DNA of 64,000 nucleotides from Lysobacterales bacterium (GCA_022844165.1 JALHMH010000018.1:29071-93070); one strand, 5' to 3'. Counted from the stretch's first letter, positions 21,097 to 31,522 are shown. The notes: generated by a model not told the origin, from the letters alone. Program-made: numbers and translations.

Positions 21097-22614
21097 ATGG
21101 TCGAAATCGAAGAGACATTTCAATTTGCTGCGGAGGTCGAGTCGCTCGAGCCATGGAATGTGCTCGTGGTCGACGACGAGCCGGCGGTTCACGAGGTGAC
21201 CAAGCTGGTTCTCGGCAGTTTTACGTTCGAAGACCGCCCGCTAAAGTTCCTGCATGCCTATTCGGCCTCGCAGGCGCGCGAGCTGATGCGCGCAAGCTCA
21301 GATCTGGCCGTGTTGTTGCTGGATGTGGTGATGGAGTCGGATCAAGCCGGCCTTGATCTGGTCAAGTATGTGCGCAGCGAGTTGCACAACCATTTTGTCC
21401 GCATCGTCTTGCGTACCGGTCAACCAGGGCAGGCACCCGAGCATGAAGTCATTACCAACTACGACATCAACGATTACAAGGACAAAACGGAACTGACGGC
21501 CCAGAAGCTGCGCACCATGATGTACGCAACGCTGCGTGCCTATCGCGACGTGATGCTGATCGAACGTAATCGCCAGGGACTGGAACGCGTTATCGCCGCA
21601 TCGGCGCATATTTTTTCGCACCAGAAATCGCACGAGTTCGCTTCCGCTGTGCTGGGCCAGCTCGGCAATGTCGTCGGCCTCGCGAAAGGGGCGATGTATT
21701 GCAAACCCGTTGAGCAAGGCGAGAGCCGGCAGTTGGTGGTCGCAGCAGCAACCGGCGACTACGAAAAATTCGTCAACGAAACGGTCGATCAGGCGTTGCC
21801 AAAACACTTGATTGACTCGCTCCGCATGGCGTTCTCGCAAAAGCAGAATTTGTTTGCGGACGATCACTACGTACTGCACTTCACCGACAGCCATGCGACC
21901 GAGAGTTTGTTGTACGTGGGCGAAACACCGCGCCTGCGCGAGGTGGACTATCGCCTGGTGCAGCTGTTTTGCACCAATGTATCGATCGCCTTCGAGAACC
22001 TGCACCTCAACAAAGAGCTGTTCGAGAGTCAGCTGGAGATGGTCTATCTGCTGGCCGGCGCTGCCGAAACGCGTTCCCGGGAAACGGCGAATCACGTGCG
22101 GCGAGTGGGTCTGCTGGCGGAGCTGATCGGATTGCAGTGCGGTTTGGACCAGAACGATGCCGCGATGTTGCGTTTTGCCGCGCCGCTTCACGATATCGGC
22201 AAAATCGGCATTCCCGATTCGATACTCAACAAGCCGGGTGCACACACACCGGAAGAGTCTGTCGTCATGCGTTCGCATGCCGAACTCGGTGCGCAGATGT
22301 TGGGCGCGTCCAAGCGCCCGCTGATGCAGCTCGCGGCTCAGGTCGCCCGCGAGCATCACGAAAACTGGGATGGGTCTGGCTACCCGAGCGGAACGAGAGG
22401 TGATCGGATCGGTCTGGCCGGGCGAATTGTTGCACTGGTAGACGTGTTCGATGCGCTTGGCAGTCACCGCTGTTACAAGCGCGCCTGGGGCGATGACGAG
22501 GTAAGGGCTTTTATTCAGGGCCAGTCCGGGCGCAAATTCGACCCGCAGCTGGTCGAGGTGCTGTTTTCGGTGTGGGATCAAGCGCAGGAAATTCGGCGAA
22601 CGCTGCCGGACTGA
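21097..22614 (+). CDS. Response regulator with DUF3369 and HD-GYP domains (c-di-GMP phosphodiesterase)
   Basis: VLVVDDE and LLDVVME receiver; RTGQPGQAPE; LHDIGKIGIPD; HHENWDGSGYP. Confidence 0.93.
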   Translation: MVEIEETFQFAAEVESLEPWNVLVVDDEPAVHEVTKLVLGSFTFEDRPLKFLHAYSASQARELMRASSDLAVLLLDVVMESDQAGLDLVKYVRSELHNHFVRIVLRTGQPGQAPEHEVITNYDINDYKDKTELTAQKLRTMMYATLRAYRDVMLIERNRQGLERVIAASAHIFSHQKSHEFASAVLGQLGNVVGLAKGAMYCKPVEQGESRQLVVAAATGDYEKFVNETVDQALPKHLIDSLRMAFSQKQNLFADDHYVLHFTDSHATESLLYVGETPRLREVDYRLVQLFCTNVSIAFENLHLNKELFESQLEMVYLLAGAAETRSRETANHVRRVGLLAELIGLQCGLDQNDAAMLRFAAPLHDIGKIGIPDSILNKPGAHTPEESVVMRSHAELGAQMLGASKRPLMQLAAQVAREHHENWDGSGYPSGTRGDRIGLAGRIVALVDVFDALGSHRCYKRAWGDDEVRAFIQGQSGRKFDPQLVEVLFSVWDQAQEIRRTLPD

Positions 22615-22632
22615 AGCGTCATTGCGGCACGG

Positions 22633-23982
22633 TCATTTGTCCTTCTGCAGCTCCCGCCAGTCGAATTCGTAATCCCATAGATCGAAGTACAGATTGCCAC
22701 CACGCCACTCGACCTCGCCGCGCTGCGAATCGACGGTCTCGCTGCGCGCGAACTGTTTGGCAGGCGAAAACGGCCGACCCCAGTCGTCGTTGAACACGAT
22801 GCGATAACCATCCATCCCGCCAAAATAGAAGTGACGCACACGCGGATCTTCGCTGGTGAGCAGACCGTGGGTCGGGTCGAGCGGCACCCATCCCCAGGGC
22901 GGCAACCACACTTGCAGCCAATCGTGCATCGTATCGAACTCGGTCGGCGAGAGCTGCCATCCCGATTGCCAGCGCGCCGGGATTCCGCGCGCGCGCAGCG
23001 CCGCAATCAACAACATGGCTTTTTCGCCGCAGTCGGCGGAAGGCGACATCAAGGCATGTTCTGCCAGATGCTCAATGGTGGAGTATTCGCGCGCCACGGC
23101 CCAAGGTTTGGCCGCCACTTGCGTAAACAAGCGACGCGCAATGTCCAAAGAACTGTCGTCATCGGCCGGTGCGCCGGCAAATTGGGCGATCGCCGGCGTC
23201 ACCACCAGATGTGGCGCCCGTGGCTCCAGATCCGCTACCCATCGCATTCGATCTGGTACGCGGGGTTGCTCAGCCCCGGCGGAATCGAGCAACGCAACGC
23301 GCGTGTACGTCCGCAGCCTGTAGCGAATCCAGACGTGTGTCGCCAAGTTCTCCTGGGCGACGGTTTCGAGATAAACCGTGCGCTGCAGATCTGAGTTCGG
23401 CGCCACCCGTGCAGGCACCGATGCCGCCAGCAGTTCGATTTGGTCTTGCGTCCCGGCGACTTCGCGTGGAAACGGTATCCAGATCCGCAGGGTCTCGCCA
23501 GCTGGTACTGCGCCAGCGGCAACGGTCATACGATGCGTCACCTCAAATCGTCGCGGATCCAATGAAACGAGCGAGTGGCGCGCCCCCGCCGCCTCGCCGG
23601 CGGCGAGCCAAAGCGCATGCAGAGGATGTGCCCCGTACAGCGGGCCATCATCAATGGCCGGCTTGAGGGCAAGACGTGCCGCATCGGCATCAATCAGCGG
23701 CAGATTGCGCACGGCGCGGTGGAACCATCGGCGCTCCCCGTCAAGTACCAGTGACGGCAACAGTCCCTGCTGAGTGTAGCGATCAAGCATGGCATCGTTG
23801 CCGCCGTCGACGTGCTCTCGCAGTTGCTTAAGCGTGGCCGCCCGATCATGCGGGAAATCGAGCGCGATACGCCGCGCCAGCTCGCCGCGGTCAATATCCA
23901 CTGCGCTGGCGCCTTGTACCCAAAAGGCCAAAACCAGCGTACTATTTTGGAGAATGCGCGAGTGAATCCGGAACCTGAACAT
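22633..23982 (-). CDS. Transglutaminase-like domain protein
   Basis: Cys-His-Asp triad (DCGEK, MHDW, PLDPT); RARGIPARWQSG. The start is uncertain. Confidence 0.87.
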   Translation of the reverse strand: MFRFRIHSRILQNSTLVLAFWVQGASAVDIDRGELARRIALDFPHDRAATLKQLREHVDGGNDAMLDRYTQQGLLPSLVLDGERRWFHRAVRNLPLIDADAARLALKPAIDDGPLYGAHPLHALWLAAGEAAGARHSLVSLDPRRFEVTHRMTVAAGAVPAGETLRIWIPFPREVAGTQDQIELLAASVPARVAPNSDLQRTVYLETVAQENLATHVWIRYRLRTYTRVALLDSAGAEQPRVPDRMRWVADLEPRAPHLVVTPAIAQFAGAPADDDSSLDIARRLFTQVAAKPWAVAREYSTIEHLAEHALMSPSADCGEKAMLLIAALRARGIPARWQSGWQLSPTEFDTMHDWLQVWLPPWGWVPLDPTHGLLTSEDPRVRHFYFGGMDGYRIVFNDDWGRPFSPAKQFARSETVDSQRGEVEWRGGNLYFDLWDYEFDWRELQKDK

Positions 23983-24487
23983 GAGAAGTGCCATACTGAT
24001 TTTTCTGTCGATGCTGATTGTGAGCAGTGCTCAGGCCATCACGGACCCCAATCGCCCGTTGCAACTCGATGAGATTGCGGACGAAGCACAGCTTGCTGTG
24101 GATCTCGCGCGTTCCGGCCAGTATGGCAAGCTTTCGACACGCCAGATCAAATTGGTCAATGCAGCGCTCGATACCATCCAGGCGATCGCCCAAACAAACG
24201 CCTCGCTGGGCGATCTGGACCAGACCGAACGGCGCGAGTTGCGCAATTCGCGCATCCGAATGGACAAAATTCTGCGCGTTCGTAACAAACACCGCATCGT
24301 ATGCACGAGCGAGGCAAAGACAGGCAGTCGACTTGGACGCCAATTGTGCCTGACGGTCGCGCAGCGCGAAGAGCGTGCGCGCAATTCAAAACGCCAGGCA
24401 CGCGACCTCCAGCGGGGTTATTGCATACCCGGCGAAAATGCACGATGCGAACTGCTTCAACCGATTGGATCTGGAACCGGTTCGTAA
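23981..24487 (+). CDS. Small secreted protein, paralog 1 (CxxxxxTGSRLxxxxC motif)
   Basis: Signal peptide ending AQA; nearly identical to 24561-25043. Confidence 0.8.
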   Translation: MRSAILIFLSMLIVSSAQAITDPNRPLQLDEIADEAQLAVDLARSGQYGKLSTRQIKLVNAALDTIQAIAQTNASLGDLDQTERRELRNSRIRMDKILRVRNKHRIVCTSEAKTGSRLGRQLCLTVAQREERARNSKRQARDLQRGYCIPGENARCELLQPIGSGTGS

Positions 24488-24560
24488 GGTGGCTCACATC
24501 GCGGTCGGCTTTCGATCGGCGTACGGTTCCGACGCAGTTTCGCCAAGGGAGGGTTTGTCG

Positions 24561-25043
24561 ATGAGAAGTACCCTGATGATTCTATTTTGGATGCTGATTG
24601 TGAGCAGTGCTCACGCCATCACGGATCCCAATCGGCCTTTGCAACTCGACGAAATCGCCGACGAAGCTCAGCTCGCGGTCGACTTGGCGCGCTCTGGTCA
24701 ATATGGCAAGCTTTCGACTCGGCAGATGAAGTTGGTCAATGCAGCGCTCGACACCATCCAGTCGATCGCGCAGAAAAATGCGTCGCTCGGCGATCTGGAC
24801 GAAACGGAACGGCGCAATTTGCGCAATGCCCGGATTCGCATGGACAAAATACTGCGCGTTCGAAACAAGCACCGCATCGTATGCACGAGCGAGGCAAAGA
24901 CAGGCAGTCGACTTGGACGCCAATTGTGCCTGACGGTCGCGCAGCGCGAAGAGCGGGCACGCAATTCGAAACGACAGACGAGAGATTTGCAGCGCGGCTA
25001 CTGCATTCCAAGCCCGGCATCGGCGTGCACGAAAGCGAATTGA
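24561..25043 (+). CDS. Small secreted protein, paralog 2 (CxxxxxTGSRLxxxxC motif)
   Basis: GGGAGG RBS; signal peptide ending AHA; duplicate at a 580-bp offset. Confidence 0.85.
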   Translation: MRSTLMILFWMLIVSSAHAITDPNRPLQLDEIADEAQLAVDLARSGQYGKLSTRQMKLVNAALDTIQSIAQKNASLGDLDETERRNLRNARIRMDKILRVRNKHRIVCTSEAKTGSRLGRQLCLTVAQREERARNSKRQTRDLQRGYCIPSPASACTKAN

Positions 25044-25136
25044 CCCGCAGCGCGTCACGGTCCCGTCGGGCCCCGTGGCAAGCCGCTGGGCGTTCGCCGT
25101 CTGGGCCGGCATGCCGATCCCGCACCGTCAGAGGCG

Positions 25137-25817
25137 TCAGTGCGAAAACCAACCGGAGATCGCCAACCTCGGGACGTTGGCCATGGCGCCGACCGCTGTA
25201 ACATGGTGCAAGTGCGGTACTCGGAAGATTAGTAGTCGATTGAACGTAGGTTTGATTGCGTACTGCACGTCGTCGCGTTCATCCGTGAATGCCAGCAACC
25301 CGCCGAAGTCGCTCTGCCAGCCTTGCGTCAGATACAACACATAAGCGAAGCGGCGGCGCTCTTCTTCCAGCACATCATTGTGCGTCCGCAAGAAATGGCC
25401 TGGGCGATACCGCGTCGCCTGTGCGTCGACGCGGCGAATCGCCGCATCGCCCGTCATCGTGCGCGCAACGCCGAGAAACGCGGGACTGTTGAAGTACTCC
25501 AAAAGTTCGCGCAACAGCGGCACGCGTCGATCGTTCGCCAAATGCGCTTTAACCAGGTGGTAACCATCGTACAAGTAAGTAAAGCGCTGCTGGCTCGTCG
25601 ACAGAGATTGCAGGGCGTGCTGTTCGGCGATTGCATCGACATCGGTTTCCAGATCCTGGCCATCGATTCGATACGCAAGCCGGTATGGCGTCTGGTCCGC
25701 CAATACCCGGTAAAGCGCATTCGCACGCTCGGGGATCAGTACATTCGGTATGTCGACCAGCCCATACTGTTGCAGCGTTCGGCCGAAGTCCGACCAGGAG
25801 ATCGAATCATTGAGCAT
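25137..25817 (-). CDS. 2OG-Fe(II) oxygenase (prolyl hydroxylase-like)
   Basis: HxD (THND), distal H (HLHHV), R-x-S (RLAISGWF), YVLYL...DFGGLL. Confidence 0.9.
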   Translation of the reverse strand: MLNDSISWSDFGRTLQQYGLVDIPNVLIPERANALYRVLADQTPYRLAYRIDGQDLETDVDAIAEQHALQSLSTSQQRFTYLYDGYHLVKAHLANDRRVPLLRELLEYFNSPAFLGVARTMTGDAAIRRVDAQATRYRPGHFLRTHNDVLEEERRRFAYVLYLTQGWQSDFGGLLAFTDERDDVQYAIKPTFNRLLIFRVPHLHHVTAVGAMANVPRLAISGWFSH

Positions 25818-25901
25818 CGGCGTTCGTCGTCGGTGCGGTGCTGGCATTCTGCGTGAATTTGGACCGCATCGCTCGGTTTTGCCATCGAATCGAAAGAGCC
25901 T

Positions 25902-26732
25902 ATGTTGCCTTCTTCCATCCGTCGACTATTGCTGCTGATCTTGCTACTGCCAGCGATGGCCTGGGTGGCTGCGGTAGCGATGATCTGGTGGACGCAAGAA
26001 CGGCTGCTCTTCTTTCCCACCGTCTTGCCGCCAGATACGCCGTTAGCCATCGCGCCGAAGGTTTTCGAACGCAGCGTCGAGGTTTCCGGCGCACGATTAT
26101 CGTTGCTCGAACTGCGGCTGGACGCGCCAAGCGGCGTGGTTTTTTTCCTACATGGTAACGGCGGCAGTTTGCGCGAGTGGTTCGTCGACCCGGAGCTCTA
26201 CCGGCAGGCGAATTTCGATTTGGTGATGATGGACTACCGCGGCTACGGCAAGAGCAGTGGAGAAATCGAAAGCGAAGCGCAGTTGCATTCCGATGTGCGC
26301 CGGGTATGGGATACCGTGGCGCCCAGATACAAAGACCTGCCGATCGTGATCTATGGGCGCTCGCTTGGCACCGCGCTGGCGGCCCAGCTGGCCAGCGAGA
26401 TCGATCCACAGTTGACGGTATTGGTATCGCCCTATCGCAGCATGGTCGCCCTGGCGCGGCATGACTATCCCTGGGTGCCACCGTTTGCGGTGCGCTATCC
26501 ACTACGGACCGACGCTGCACTGCTCGGCGTCACTGGCCCGGTGCTCATTTTCCACGGCGACCGCGATACATTGATTCCGCTGGAGCATGGTCGCGCATTG
26601 GCCGCTATGCACCCCAGTGCGCGCCTGCACGCTATCGCTGGCGCAGGTCATGACGATGTGCACCATTTCGATCAGTATCGCCATGCGCTCGCAGGTGCTT
26701 TGCAGGCCATTGCATTGAAGCGAGACAACTGA
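25902..26732 (+). CDS. Alpha/beta hydrolase
   Basis: FFLHGNGG, DYRGYGKS, GRSLG nucleophile, HGDRD, GHDD. Confidence 0.92.
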   Translation: MLPSSIRRLLLLILLLPAMAWVAAVAMIWWTQERLLFFPTVLPPDTPLAIAPKVFERSVEVSGARLSLLELRLDAPSGVVFFLHGNGGSLREWFVDPELYRQANFDLVMMDYRGYGKSSGEIESEAQLHSDVRRVWDTVAPRYKDLPIVIYGRSLGTALAAQLASEIDPQLTVLVSPYRSMVALARHDYPWVPPFAVRYPLRTDAALLGVTGPVLIFHGDRDTLIPLEHGRALAAMHPSARLHAIAGAGHDDVHHFDQYRHALAGALQAIALKRDN

Positions 26733-26774
26733 GACATGGCGCGCTTTGCGTCAACTGGCGAGCCGCTTCAAGGA

Positions 26775-27176
26775 TCAGGCCCGGTGCGATGCGCCGGGCG
26801 ATGGCGATCGCAGGTTGCGTTGCGCAGCAGCCGCTATTACCAGCAATGCAATCGCGACAACATCCGCGATCACGACGGGCATCAGCGCGTCTGGCAAGCC
26901 GCCCACCAACGCGATGCATAGAAAGCCGATGTCGCTGAGCAGTACCAGAGAAATGGCGATTGGCCGCAGCACCGCGTTGCGCATCGCCACCAGCAGCAGG
27001 GCGGCGAAGAGCGCGAACATCATGGCGCGATGGCGCAGCAGCAGCAGCGAGGTAGCGTCGATGTTGTCGAGGTCATAAAGCGCTTGCAGTTGCGTCGCCC
27101 CGAGCACGCCGGGCAGCGGCAGCAAGTGAATCAACGCGACCAGCGCCAGCGCTGCCAACACGATTTGCTGTCTCAT
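26775..27176 (-). CDS. Small conserved membrane protein
   Basis: IHLLPLPGVLG...LY...LLRHRA; about 4 TM; overlaps the upstream stop (ATGA). Confidence 0.78.
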   Translation of the reverse strand: MRQQIVLAALALVALIHLLPLPGVLGATQLQALYDLDNIDATSLLLLRHRAMMFALFAALLLVAMRNAVLRPIAISLVLLSDIGFLCIALVGGLPDALMPVVIADVVAIALLVIAAAAQRNLRSPSPGASHRA

Positions 27177-27574
27177 GGTGCGACCGCCGCCGATTGACCC
27201 AATCCGACGTACTGAAGTCCGGCAAAGACCGCCACCGCAAGCGCCTGGCCAACCAGCAACACGATGCCTGGGGTACTCGGCTGGATCCAGTCCGACCCTG
27301 CGAGCAGCAGGCTGGCAACCATCCAAAGCGAGTTGCCAGCGATGACGACCCACACCCACCGTGTATCGATCCGCGGTTTCGTGCTGAACCAACCGATCGT
27401 CAAACCATAGCTCAACATAAACAAACCGGCAGCGGAAGTCGTGGCAGCGCTCGCGCCCAACCAGGTCGCGACCGAGCTCTTGCCAATCAACGTCAGCGCA
27501 CCCACGAGGGAGCTGCCGGCGGCATCAAGACGTAACGCGAATCGAAGCAATGGGGACATGAAAAGCATGAACAT
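27173..27574 (-). CDS. Small integral membrane protein divergent from the XRE regulator
   Basis: LLRFALRLDA...GN..W...QAL.V..FA.LQY.GL; GGAG RBS. Confidence 0.78.
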   Translation of the reverse strand: MFMLFMSPLLRFALRLDAAGSSLVGALTLIGKSSVATWLGASAATTSAAGLFMLSYGLTIGWFSTKPRIDTRWVWVVIAGNSLWMVASLLLAGSDWIQPSTPGIVLLVGQALAVAVFAGLQYVGLGQSAAVAP

Positions 27575-27680
27575 GGCGAACACTCCGTATGAGGTGGCGA
27601 TAGCTTCGGTGTCGCCAGTAACGGTGTCGATTACCTGTTGGGTAATGGGTCGCAGCAGCGATCCGAGCTAAGATCGCCCA

Positions 27681-28478
27681 ATGAAAAACATTGAATTGGG
27701 CGCACTGTTGCGCGACTGGCGTCAGCGCCGCCGATTGAGTCAACTCGATCTGGCGGGTGATGCGCGCATCTCAACGCGCCACTTGAGTTTTATCGAAACC
27801 GGACGCTCTCGCCCCAGTCGCGGCTTGATCTTGCATTTGGGCGAGTTGTTGGACTTGCCGCTACGCGAGCGCAATCGTTTGCTGCTTGCCGCCGGTTTTG
27901 CGCCGCACTTTGCCGAGAACGCACTGGTGTCCGCGCCTCTGCAACCAGCAATCGATGCGCTGCAGCAGCTGTTACGCGTACACGATCCGAATCCAGCTGT
28001 GGTTGTCGATCGCCATTGGAACCTGGTGCTTGCCAACCGCATGGCGGAACGCTTGCTGGCCAATGTCGCGCCCGAATTGTTGCCACCCAACTGCAATGTG
28101 CTGCGACTGACGTTGCATCCCCAAGGCCTGGCCCCGGCGATCGTTAATCTGGGCGAGTGGCGTGCGCATTTGTTGTCGCGGCTGCGGCGTCAGATCGCGA
28201 TGAGTGGCGACACCAAGCTGTCTGAACTGCTCCGGGAACTGAGTGGTTACGCGCCGCTGCCCGATGAAGATCAGCCTGGCGGCTACGCCTCGCCAGCACC
28301 CGATGTGCTGGTGCTGTTCCGTTTGCGCAGCCCGGTCGGCGAACTGAGGTTGTTCAGCACCATGACCGTGTTCGGCACACCCGTGGACATCACGCTTTCC
28401 GAACTGGCGCTGGAGTCGTTTTATCCGGCCGACGCCAGCACAGCCGACAACCTGCGAAAACTGGCGAATTCGCCGTAA
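27681..28478 (+). CDS. XRE-family HTH regulator with MmyB-like ligand-binding domain
   Basis: LRDWRQRRRLSQLDLA...STRHLSFIETGRSRPS; TVFGTPVDITLSELALESFYPAD. Confidence 0.93.
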   Translation: MKNIELGALLRDWRQRRRLSQLDLAGDARISTRHLSFIETGRSRPSRGLILHLGELLDLPLRERNRLLLAAGFAPHFAENALVSAPLQPAIDALQQLLRVHDPNPAVVVDRHWNLVLANRMAERLLANVAPELLPPNCNVLRLTLHPQGLAPAIVNLGEWRAHLLSRLRRQIAMSGDTKLSELLRELSGYAPLPDEDQPGGYASPAPDVLVLFRLRSPVGELRLFSTMTVFGTPVDITLSELALESFYPADASTADNLRKLANSP

Positions 28479-28492
28479 CGAACGCCGCGCGC

Positions 28493-29452
28493 TCAACGCG
28501 CTACGCTGGCCGCTTTGGCTGCCAGAAATTCGCACAGTTGTTCTGCGTTTGCCTGTGTCTTTCGTGTCAGCGAAAACGCGTGTTCGGCATCGAGTACCCG
28601 ATCCAGCCAAATGCCGCCCTCGGCACTCAACGCCGGCCGCGTTGAGCCCAACCATAACGCGGTATCGCCGCCCTCTTCGGCGCTGCGCAGGTGGCTGCGC
28701 AGCACTGCGCGAAAAGCGGGCAGAGCCGTTCGCACACCCGCGGTATCGACCCAGCCGGGATGCATCACATAGGCGCGCGGTTGCCCTGACCAGCGCTGAT
28801 TCCATGCCCGAGTCAGTTCAACTTGAGCGCGCTTGTGAAGGGCATACGCGGCCATACCGTCGTGCGCAATGGCAGTGGTTGCGCACATCTCCTCAAGCTT
28901 GAGCGGCGCGCCATACATGCCACCGGAACTCATGTTGATCACCGCGGCGCCGTTCGCGAACCGGTGTGCAGCGAGAAGATCCTCGGTGAGAACGAAGTGG
29001 CTTAGCAGGTTCGTCACGAATGAGGTTTCCATACCCTCGGTCGTCAACTCGAATCGGTCCAATAACAAACCAACATTGTTCACCAATACGTCGACGCGCT
29101 CACCGCGTTCGACCAGGCCTCGAACCAGGCGCCGGGTATCGGCAACGCTGGAGAAATCCACCTTGAGTGGCACGATTGCATTGTTCTCGCCCGCTTCTTG
29201 CGCGCACGTACGAACCAGATCCGCCAGCTTGCTTTCGCTACGTGCCGCCGCGAGCACTCGCGCCCCGCGTGTATGGGCGGCGTGCGCAATGGCGGCGCCA
29301 ATGCCGCCACTGGCGCCGGTGACCAACCATGTTTGACCGTCAAGCCGCTCCGGATATGCCTGCCAGGAGCGCTGGCGATCGCGCAATCCCACGCGACTGA
29401 ACCGTGTGAAAAAACGCGCGTAGAAGAAGAGACTGGCAATCGCTCTGAGCAC
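28493..29452 (-). CDS. SDR family oxidoreductase (DHRS12-like)
   Basis: TGASGGIG, VNNVG, SSGGMY, YALHK (YxxxK), HPGWVDT. Confidence 0.92.
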   Translation of the reverse strand: MLRAIASLFFYARFFTRFSRVGLRDRQRSWQAYPERLDGQTWLVTGASGGIGAAIAHAAHTRGARVLAAARSESKLADLVRTCAQEAGENNAIVPLKVDFSSVADTRRLVRGLVERGERVDVLVNNVGLLLDRFELTTEGMETSFVTNLLSHFVLTEDLLAAHRFANGAAVINMSSGGMYGAPLKLEEMCATTAIAHDGMAAYALHKRAQVELTRAWNQRWSGQPRAYVMHPGWVDTAGVRTALPAFRAVLRSHLRSAEEGGDTALWLGSTRPALSAEGGIWLDRVLDAEHAFSLTRKTQANAEQLCEFLAAKAASVAR

Positions 29453-29550
29453 GGTCCACGCCTTTGATCACGGTGCGAGCATTAGAGGGCCAAAAGGTGT
29501 GAGAACTGCGTGACGTGCGCGACAACACGATGCAGATTCGGCGTGTCGGA

Positions 29551-31470
29551 TCAGGCCCTGGCATCTTCGTTGTGAGTGGCGAAAAATGCCTCTACGTCCG
29601 CGAGTACGCGCGTGCGCCGAAACGCTGGTAGCGCGGCGATAAACTCGCGGCCGTAGGATTTGCTGACAAGGCGCGGGTCGCACAACATCAGCACACCGCG
29701 ATCGCGGCTGCTGCGGATCAGGCGTCCGGCACCCTGCTTGAGCGCCAGCACGGCCGATGGCAACTGGTAGTCGCGAAACGGATTGCCGCCGCTCTGCCGA
29801 ATCGCATCCAGGCGCGCTTCCATGACTGGATCGCCCAATTGCGCGAACGGGAGTTTGTCGATCACCACCACGCTAAGTGCGTCGCCGGGCACATCGACAC
29901 CCTCCCAAAAGCTGGCCGCACCGAGCAGTACGCCATTGCCGCTGGCGAGGAAATCGGCCAGCAGGGCGGGGCGCGGGCGCTCTCCTTGCACAAAGAGCGG
30001 AAATGGCGACGTCAGGCGCAGGATCTCGGCCGCCTCACGCAGTGCGCGATGCGAAGTGAACAACAAAAATGCGCGGCCACCGCTGGCGCGCAAAACGGGC
30101 ATCGCGGCGGCAACCACACCTTCGACATAACGGTCGGTGTTCGGTTCGGGCATTCCGGCAGGCTGGTAGAGCAGCGCCTGATTCGGATAGTCGAACGGGC
30201 TATCGAGACACAGTGTCTGCGCGCGGTCGAGCCCGGTGCTCTGTTGGAACAAATCGAACCGGCCGGATACGGCCAGCGTGGCTGAGGTGGCGATCCACGC
30301 GGCATGTGTGGAGTCGCGATACGACTTGAGCGGCTCGGCGGCGTCCAGCGGCGTTGCGTGCAAAGCAAAGCCGCGCTGGAACAATTCGTACCAGCACACT
30401 TCTCCATCCTGGCGCTGGGCGACGCGTTCCAAACGCAGCGCGACGTCGGCGGCGCGAGCCGCGCAACTCTGCAAACCAGTGCTGCGCTCGGCCTGCTCGC
30501 CCAACGCGCCGGACAGCCCGGCGATCGCGTTTTGCAGGCGCTCGTGCGTGGCAATCACTTCGCCACTCTCTGCAGCGTGCCACCAGGGGCCTTTGATCGG
30601 CAAAGGATCGAGTGCCAGTCGAAACTCGCGTAGTCGCTGCTGCGTCTCGTCGACGGGTGGTTGCAGCAACGCCAAGGCGCCCTGTTGCTGGGACGCTTCG
30701 TTCAGCGCATCGCGCGTCAGCTCAACGATCTGCCGGTAACTGATGGACGTAGTGAAGAAAGTACTCGCGACGTCGCCGATCTGGTGCGCCTCGTCGAGAA
30801 TGAAGGCCTCCGCGCCGGGGAGGATTTCGCCAAAGCCCTCGCGCTTCAGGGCCAGATCGGCGAACAACAAATGGTGATTGACAATAACGAGGTCGGACTC
30901 CTGAGCTTTGCGCCTGGCCTTGACGACGAAGCACTCGGCATATCGCGGGCAATCTTGCCCCAGACAGTTGTCGGCACTCGATGTCACCCATGGCCAGATG
31001 CTCGAGTCCTCGGGCACACGATCCAGCTCCATCCGATCGCCCTCGCGAGTGATTCGCGCCCACGCCCTCACCTCCGCCAGCTCTTTCACCGCGTCTTTGC
31101 TGGCGAGCCGTGCCTGCTCTTCAGACAGATCCAGGCGATGCAGGCACAGGTAGTTGGCGCGACCCTTCAGCAGCGCCTTTTTTGGAGTGATCTGCAAGGT
31201 CTTGCACACGCGTGGCAGATCGCGATGGAACAGCTGATCTTGCAGCGTCTTGGTGCCCGTCGAGACGATGATGCGCATGCCGGCGAGCAGCGCCGGTACC
31301 AGATAGGCGAAGGTCTTGCCCGTGCCTGTGCCTGCCTCCACGAGCAGCGTCGAGCGTTCGATCAACGCGCGTTCCACGGCTTGGGCCATCGCCAATTGTT
31401 GCTCGCGCGGCGTAAACAGCGGATCGGCGCTGAACGGCCCATCGGCGCCAAGCGCGTTGGTGGCAGACAT
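29551..31470 (-). CDS. yoaA: DinG/YoaA family ATP-dependent DNA helicase
   Basis: EAGTGTGKT, KGRANYLC, Fe-S cysteines (C..QDCP..C), DEAH, QGAGRLIR. Confidence 0.93.
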   Translation of the reverse strand: MSATNALGADGPFSADPLFTPREQQLAMAQAVERALIERSTLLVEAGTGTGKTFAYLVPALLAGMRIIVSTGTKTLQDQLFHRDLPRVCKTLQITPKKALLKGRANYLCLHRLDLSEEQARLASKDAVKELAEVRAWARITREGDRMELDRVPEDSSIWPWVTSSADNCLGQDCPRYAECFVVKARRKAQESDLVIVNHHLLFADLALKREGFGEILPGAEAFILDEAHQIGDVASTFFTTSISYRQIVELTRDALNEASQQQGALALLQPPVDETQQRLREFRLALDPLPIKGPWWHAAESGEVIATHERLQNAIAGLSGALGEQAERSTGLQSCAARAADVALRLERVAQRQDGEVCWYELFQRGFALHATPLDAAEPLKSYRDSTHAAWIATSATLAVSGRFDLFQQSTGLDRAQTLCLDSPFDYPNQALLYQPAGMPEPNTDRYVEGVVAAAMPVLRASGGRAFLLFTSHRALREAAEILRLTSPFPLFVQGERPRPALLADFLASGNGVLLGAASFWEGVDVPGDALSVVVIDKLPFAQLGDPVMEARLDAIRQSGGNPFRDYQLPSAVLALKQGAGRLIRSSRDRGVLMLCDPRLVSKSYGREFIAALPAFRRTRVLADVEAFFATHNEDARA

Positions 31471-31522
31471 CCAGCATTCCCAGGCGATATAAGATTCCCG
31501 GAAGTCTATCGGGATCGCTCAC

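Noticed and set aside
23981-25043. Duplicated genes as a diversity-generating retroelement TR/VR pair (also considered for 45875-51896)
   Set aside because: Differences are not adenine-specific, both copies are full ORFs, and no reverse transcriptase is present.
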